NCBI GenBank assembly: GCA_030390025.1
Contig: CM059433.1
Span: 16,556,001-16,620,000 of the forward strand
Source of the DNA: Squalus acanthias
Lineage: Eukaryota
Direction: 5' to 3'
Length of the DNA: 64,000 bases
Part shown: positions 59,041 through 64,000 of the stretch, piece after piece
Layout of the letters: each line of letters starts with the position of its first letter
Numbering within the stretch: the first letter of the stretch is position 1
Position numbers and translations under genes: made by a program
The notes under the pieces: generated by a model
The model's database searches: none
What the model saw: only the letters and a program-made list of their open reading frames with translations
What the model was told of the DNA's origin: nothing

Positions 59041-59234
59041 TGTCGTAAGAATGAGCCTTACGCGTGGTGAACTTAAAGTAAGCTTTAATCAACTAAAAAG
59101 GTGCTACATACAAAAGAGGTCTTACTCTATGCCTCTCCAGGATCCAACTGATCAGCCCTGTATTTATCCTGAACTAATCACAGGAAGTGATGTAATAAAG
59201 TTCGAGTCACAGGAAGCTGTATTGTGTTACCACA
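59041..59234 (-). repeat. 5' LTR (194 bp)
   Basis: Minus strand TGTGGTAAC...CGACA; TATA-like GATAAATA, ATTAAA poly(A) signal and two CAGGAAG motifs; two mismatches to the 3' LTR. Confidence 0.96.
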
Positions 59235-61595
59235 CAGGGTATTGGTGAGACCACACCTTGAGTACTGCGTACAGTTTTGGTCTCCTTATTTAAGGAAGGA
59301 TATACTTGCATTGGAGGCAGTTTAAAGATGATTCACTAGGTTAATTCCAGAGATGAGGGGTTTGACTTATGAGGCAAGGTTGGGCAGGCTGGACCTATAC
59401 TCATTGGAATTTAGAAGAATGAGAGGTGATCTTATTGAAACATATAAGATACTGAGGGGGCTCGACAAGGTAGATGCAGAGAGGATGTTTCCCCTCGTGG
59501 GGAAATCTAGAACTCGGGGGCACAGTTTTAGAATAAAGGGTCGCCCTTTTAGAACTGAGATGAGGAGGAATTTCTTCTCTGAGGGTCGTAAATCTGTGGA
59601 ATTCTCTGCCCCAGAGAGCTGTGGAGGCTGGGTCATTAAATACATTTAAAGTGGAGATAGACAGATTTTTGCAAGATAAGGAAGTGAAGGGTTATGGGGA
59701 GCGGGCGGGGAAGTGGCTTTGAGCCCAAGATCAGCCATGATCTTATTGAATGGCGGAGCAGGCTCGAGGGGCCGAGTGGCCTATTCCTGCTCCTATTTCT
59801 TACGTTCCTATTGAGAGGGTTCTCGGTACAGTTTTCAATAATTAGCTGTTCAGTGACAAGGTCTTTGTGCCTTTTCACTTTCTTTAAGGCAACCGGCGAT
59901 GCCATAATCACTGTTCACGTAATGTGTGTGATGAGTGCTTGAACAAACAAGAATGCTTCGTCAGCACGATAGTCAAGCAGTGCCAGATCATATCAGTTTA
60001 TAATGGGATTCCCTTTGTCACCCAACTGAACTGATTAAGACAGTGGTGCTGCAGTATTACCATATATGGCATACATCATCAGTGGCCAGCGATATCTAGA
60101 TAATTGTTCTTCAATCCAATTAATCAGACAAATCCCCAAATCTTATCATTTTCAGGAAATCAGTTGAGGAGGTGCTTAGCACAGTCTCGGGGCATATTCA
60201 CAATGAATTTCCTCGGACTTTCTGCCGCTGCACTGCCGTAACTTCAATGGAAGTGTAGGCGGAATACCCGGTTTTTGAACGTAAACGGGGTTTCCGCCGT
60301 ACTTCCAGTGAAGTTACAGCATTGCAGTGGCATAGGGCTGTATTTTGTCTTGGGGTCGGGTTGGGGTCGTGTGATCTGCATTGCGTGTTGCCCCCCCCCC
60401 CCCCGACTCCAGATTAATGTGGATGAATGATGCAATTTTAACTTAATTGGGCAATTGAGTTCCAGCATGTGGGAACCCATGAACCAATTAGTGGTTTCAG
60501 TCTGAAAGTCGCCTCTGATGATGTCATCATTGCCGAGACTGCCTGGTCTCAGAGGTGAGAGGACCTGGATGCAAAATGAGCAGCAGCTGAGAGAGAGAGA
60601 GAGAGAGATTTTTTTTCCATCCAGGTCCTCTCTTAACACATTCAATGCAGCAGCATCAGAGGCGACTTTCACACCTAATACTACTACTACCTTCATCACA
60701 TCTCTATTGTAAAAGTGGACCTGCAGCTGATAGTCAACTATCCACTTGTGCTCCCGCCAGGTTTCACTGGCGTGTTTCACATCAGGCGTACTTCACGTCA
60801 GAAAAGGGTTAAACTAGCTAAAACGTTTCAAAATGGCATTACAGAGCCAATTTAGGGCTTGTTAAGGGCTTTAATGACCTCTCCCGCCTCTTGGAGGCGG
60901 GACAGAGTCGGGAACCCCGCGACTGATTTTGTCAAAAATGCATGGAGTCGGGATGGGGTCGGGACCCCCGAATCTGCAACTTTAACCCCCCACACGCCTC
61001 CAAACCCGACTCCACGGGTCACTGAAAATCCAGCCCATAAAGTCTGAGGAAATTCAGCGCTTTGACTTTTCTTGCCAGGTTGTGAACTCCCGATATTAGC
61101 TGTGACCATTACAGTCCAAAAATAGCTGAATATCTTTTCATTCCAGTTTTCAGCCCTCTCTCCTGAATACCACTGAGAAGCACTGGGATGCAGTTCCACA
61201 GGTACCTGTCGTCCTCCTGTATCTCACCCAAGTGGCCCATTCTTCATGTGTGGGTGCGCACAGTGTCAGCAAACAGAGTCCGTATTTTTAGGAGCGGAGG
61301 AGGGGGGAGAAATTGACAAGAAAATTGGAAAAAAAAAAGAAAAAAAATCACAAAAGTTGTTGAGTTTATCCGATTTAAAACACACAGTGTAAAAGGGTCA
61401 GGTGCAGTAATAATTCTGCCTGGGAACCGCTTGTAGCCCTCGTCTTTTTCCCTGTGGGCCACAGCTGAATTTATGGATCTGAATTCAGAGACCACCCCCC
61501 ACCTCTACAATGTCAACAAAGGGAGAGAATGGTTAAGAAAAGAAATTCAAAGTTTAAGAGAATAAGCACATGGAGTCACTTTATTGACTGTTTAC

Positions 61596-62123
61596 GTAAA
61601 CTTGAGGTCATCCAAAACTCGGCTGCCCGTGTCCTAACTCGCACCAAGTCCCGTTCGCCCATCACCCCTGTGCTCACTGACCTACATTGGCTCCCGCTTA
61701 AGCAGCGCCTTGATTTCAAAATTCTCATCCTTGTTTTCAAATCCCTCCATGGCCTCGCCCCTCCCTATCTCTGTAATGTCCTTCAGCCCCACAACGCCCC
61801 CCCCCCCGAGATATCTGCGCTCCTCTAATTCTGCCCTCGAGCATCCCTGATTATAATCGCTCAACCATTGGTGGCTGTGCCTTCTGTTGTCTAGGCCCTA
61901 AGCTCTGGAATTCCCTGCCTAAACCTCTCCGCCTCGCTACCTCTCGTTCCTCCTTTAAGACGCTCCTTAAAACCTACCTCTTTGACCAAGCTTTTAGTCA
62001 CTTGCCCTAATTTATCCTTATGTGGATCGGTGTCAAATTTTTTGTCTATAATACTCCTGTGCAGCGCCTTGGGACGTTTTACTACGTTAAAGGCGCTATA
62101 TAAATACAAGTTGTTGTTGTTGT
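61596..62123 (+). mobile_element. L2 LINE 3' fragment
   Basis: IQNSAARVLT..ITPVLTDLHWLP..DFKIL..LHGLAPPYL; (TTG)n tail. Confidence 0.92.
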
Positions 62124-63847
62124 TTGGGGGTGGGGGCTGGGGGAGTGCTCTTTGGGCAAGTTACTTGTTCAGGGTTGTGGTCCAACATTAGGTTTGCCCC
62201 TGTGCTGAACACTTTACCTGGACAATAAACATAGCAATATACAATGCACGGTTGGACCATAAATGACTATAATGAACATGAAACCTGTTTTGCAAAACAT
62301 CGTGCTATAATGGGTAGTTTTCCAACTTTGCGCTCGCACTGGGGAGCCTGAAGGACTGGGAGCACGTATTGGAAATTCAAACACCTACTTGATAACTACA
62401 GGTCTGCAAATCACGCACAGCACATGTTTCTTCCTGTTGCGCTGGAAAGCTATGGGGCCCTGCAGTTCTGAATAAGTTGGGTGTTAGTCAGAGTGTCTAA
62501 CCTGGAGTATTCAGAGCAGAAAGCCCCTAACCTTTCCAGTTTCTCCACGGGCCTAATGCAACAACAATCCCTTTAAATTAATGCTTACTTGCATTCAAAT
62601 ATATGGGTAACAATTACAATTTGAGGCTCAAGGGGCAGAACTTTACACGAAGGGAGCGCATATCTGGAATCTGTGCGTGAAGGTCTGCTCAATTTTCCTT
62701 TCATTCAGTCTAATGCGGGCAGAAAATTGGGCACACTGACCTCCCTGATCTACGCACCCATTGCAAGAAGCTCTGGCTGCGATAAATCAGAAAATTTACA
62801 CATAGGTTTTGATCAAAACCTCCACAAGGACATGAGCCTAGGACAGTAAACTCTAAAAAGAGGTTCTAATATGACTGAATTTTCAAAAATGTGTCACTTC
62901 CTTACTGAAACGGTTACACCAAGAAAAACAAAATTCCACTAATAACTACAATTTTCTCAATTAAAATCACAGAAGCAATTTTACACAAACGGAAGATTGC
63001 TCGTGACTTTTTTTTTTGGAACGTACCCTTGAAAAGTAGTTGATTCCTGTTCGGTAGCTTACGAGGGGCAATTAACTGAAAAGGGCTTCCCGAAGTTTGT
63101 TCTGCCAGAATCAATTAAACTGTGGCTTGTGCTCGTGTGATGAGAGTTTATGATACACTTCCAATCACACAGCAACCACAAATACCTCAGATGGGTGCCT
63201 GCAGGCAAGTTCTTGTGGTGTATGTTAGGAGGTGTGGTGTTGACACACCAGCCAGGCAAAGGGAGTGGCACTGACAGCATACAGAACGCTTTCACTAATA
63301 GATTTTGGAAATTCAATCTTACCACCGGTCATTCTCGCTTTAGAAGGCACTGCGGTTCGGCAATAAAGTTTGACTATTTGTGAAACACTGCTTGTTACCA
63401 AATGAAAGAAAGGGCTGACGTATTTCATTGTACCATTTCCTACTTCTGTCCCAAGAAGAATAAGCACAGGATATATGGCAGAATCCAGTGGAATATCTGA
63501 TCCTGTCAAGAATGAGCAGCTCTAGATAAGCAGCAACACATGGGCATAGACTTTTAACGACCACCTCGGCATAAAACTGGCTTTGCGGATCAGCAGCCTG
63601 TTATGGGAACAGCCAATTTTCATTTCCTTTGAAACCTACCCGCTTATCTCTTCAAATTGGATTACTCAACGTGCTACGGGAACAAAACAAGTTAATGAAT
63701 ATCAACAGCCCAGAACTTCCTGTCAAAATAACAGTGAGGCTAGCGGCGCTCACCGTTATTTATGCGCAAATCGCACAGCAACTTCAGGTGAGGGCAGATG
63801 TGTGGTTAAACGCAACAATCCAGAAGTTGCTGTCCGAGAGGCGCCTC

Positions 63848-64000
63848 TCCGCTGCCGAGGTGTGATAAAAGGCAGTCAGAAAGATTAACTGTAGTTGTCT
63901 GAGATTGTACGCTACACAGGCATTGTTCTCTGTCTATAGATGCTTTGCCGGTTTGTATTCCTTCACTTCACCTGACGAAGGAGCAGCAGCTCCGAAAGCT
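63848..64000 (+). mobile_element. Family A PLE repeat with hammerhead core, running off the window end (5' boundary may lie further upstream)
   Basis: Matches 6909-7016 and the reverse complement of 6853-6890; TCAC-CTGACGA-A-GGAGC-agca-GCTCC-GAAAGCT at 63968-64000. Confidence 0.78.

Larger units (their letters stand above)
54756..59234 (-). mobile_element. Full-length Ty3/Gypsy LTR retrotransposon (Mag-like by inference)
   Basis: 5-bp TSD CAGGG (54751-54755, 59235-59239); two 194-bp TG..CA LTRs; single gag-pol ORF; two CCHC knuckles. Confidence 0.97.
54640..59810 (+). mobile_element. CR1 3' fragment split by the Gypsy element (54640-54755 and 59235-59810)
   Basis: ..EVLLQLYR | VLVRPHLEYCVQFW reads through once the insertion and one TSD copy are removed. 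Confidence 0.92.

Overview
Eukaryotic, repeat-dense vertebrate DNA. The CR1/L2/SINE/Harbinger inventory resembles that of a cartilaginous fish (inference). I found no host-gene exon that I can support, so the window is probably intergenic or intronic. It holds two near-intact autonomous transposons. The first is a 4.35-kb PIF/Harbinger element (32514-36861) with convergent transposase and three-exon Myb/SANT genes; four MITEs in the window share its termini. The second is a young 4.48-kb Ty3/Gypsy element (54756-59234, minus strand) with one intact 1316-aa Gag-Pol ORF, inserted into a CR1. The rest is nested CR1, L2 and L1 fragments, SINEs, a solo LTR, hAT and Tc1/pogo MITEs, minisatellites and small palindromic Penelope-like insertions carrying minimal hammerhead ribozyme cores. 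Best leads: (1) the Gypsy element has no tRNA-type PBS; the sequence there is complementary to its own LTR (candidate self-priming), and it also has a YLDN RT motif and a duplicated PPT/LTR start; (2) a non-coding Harbinger-type MITE family conserves splice sites and four hairpins with compensatory and G-U changes, a candidate spliced structured ncRNA; (3) TSD-flanked fold-back Penelope-like elements, some with a ribozyme core on both strands, including one collapsed copy. Coordinates were read by eye, and boundaries of degenerate repeats are approximate.
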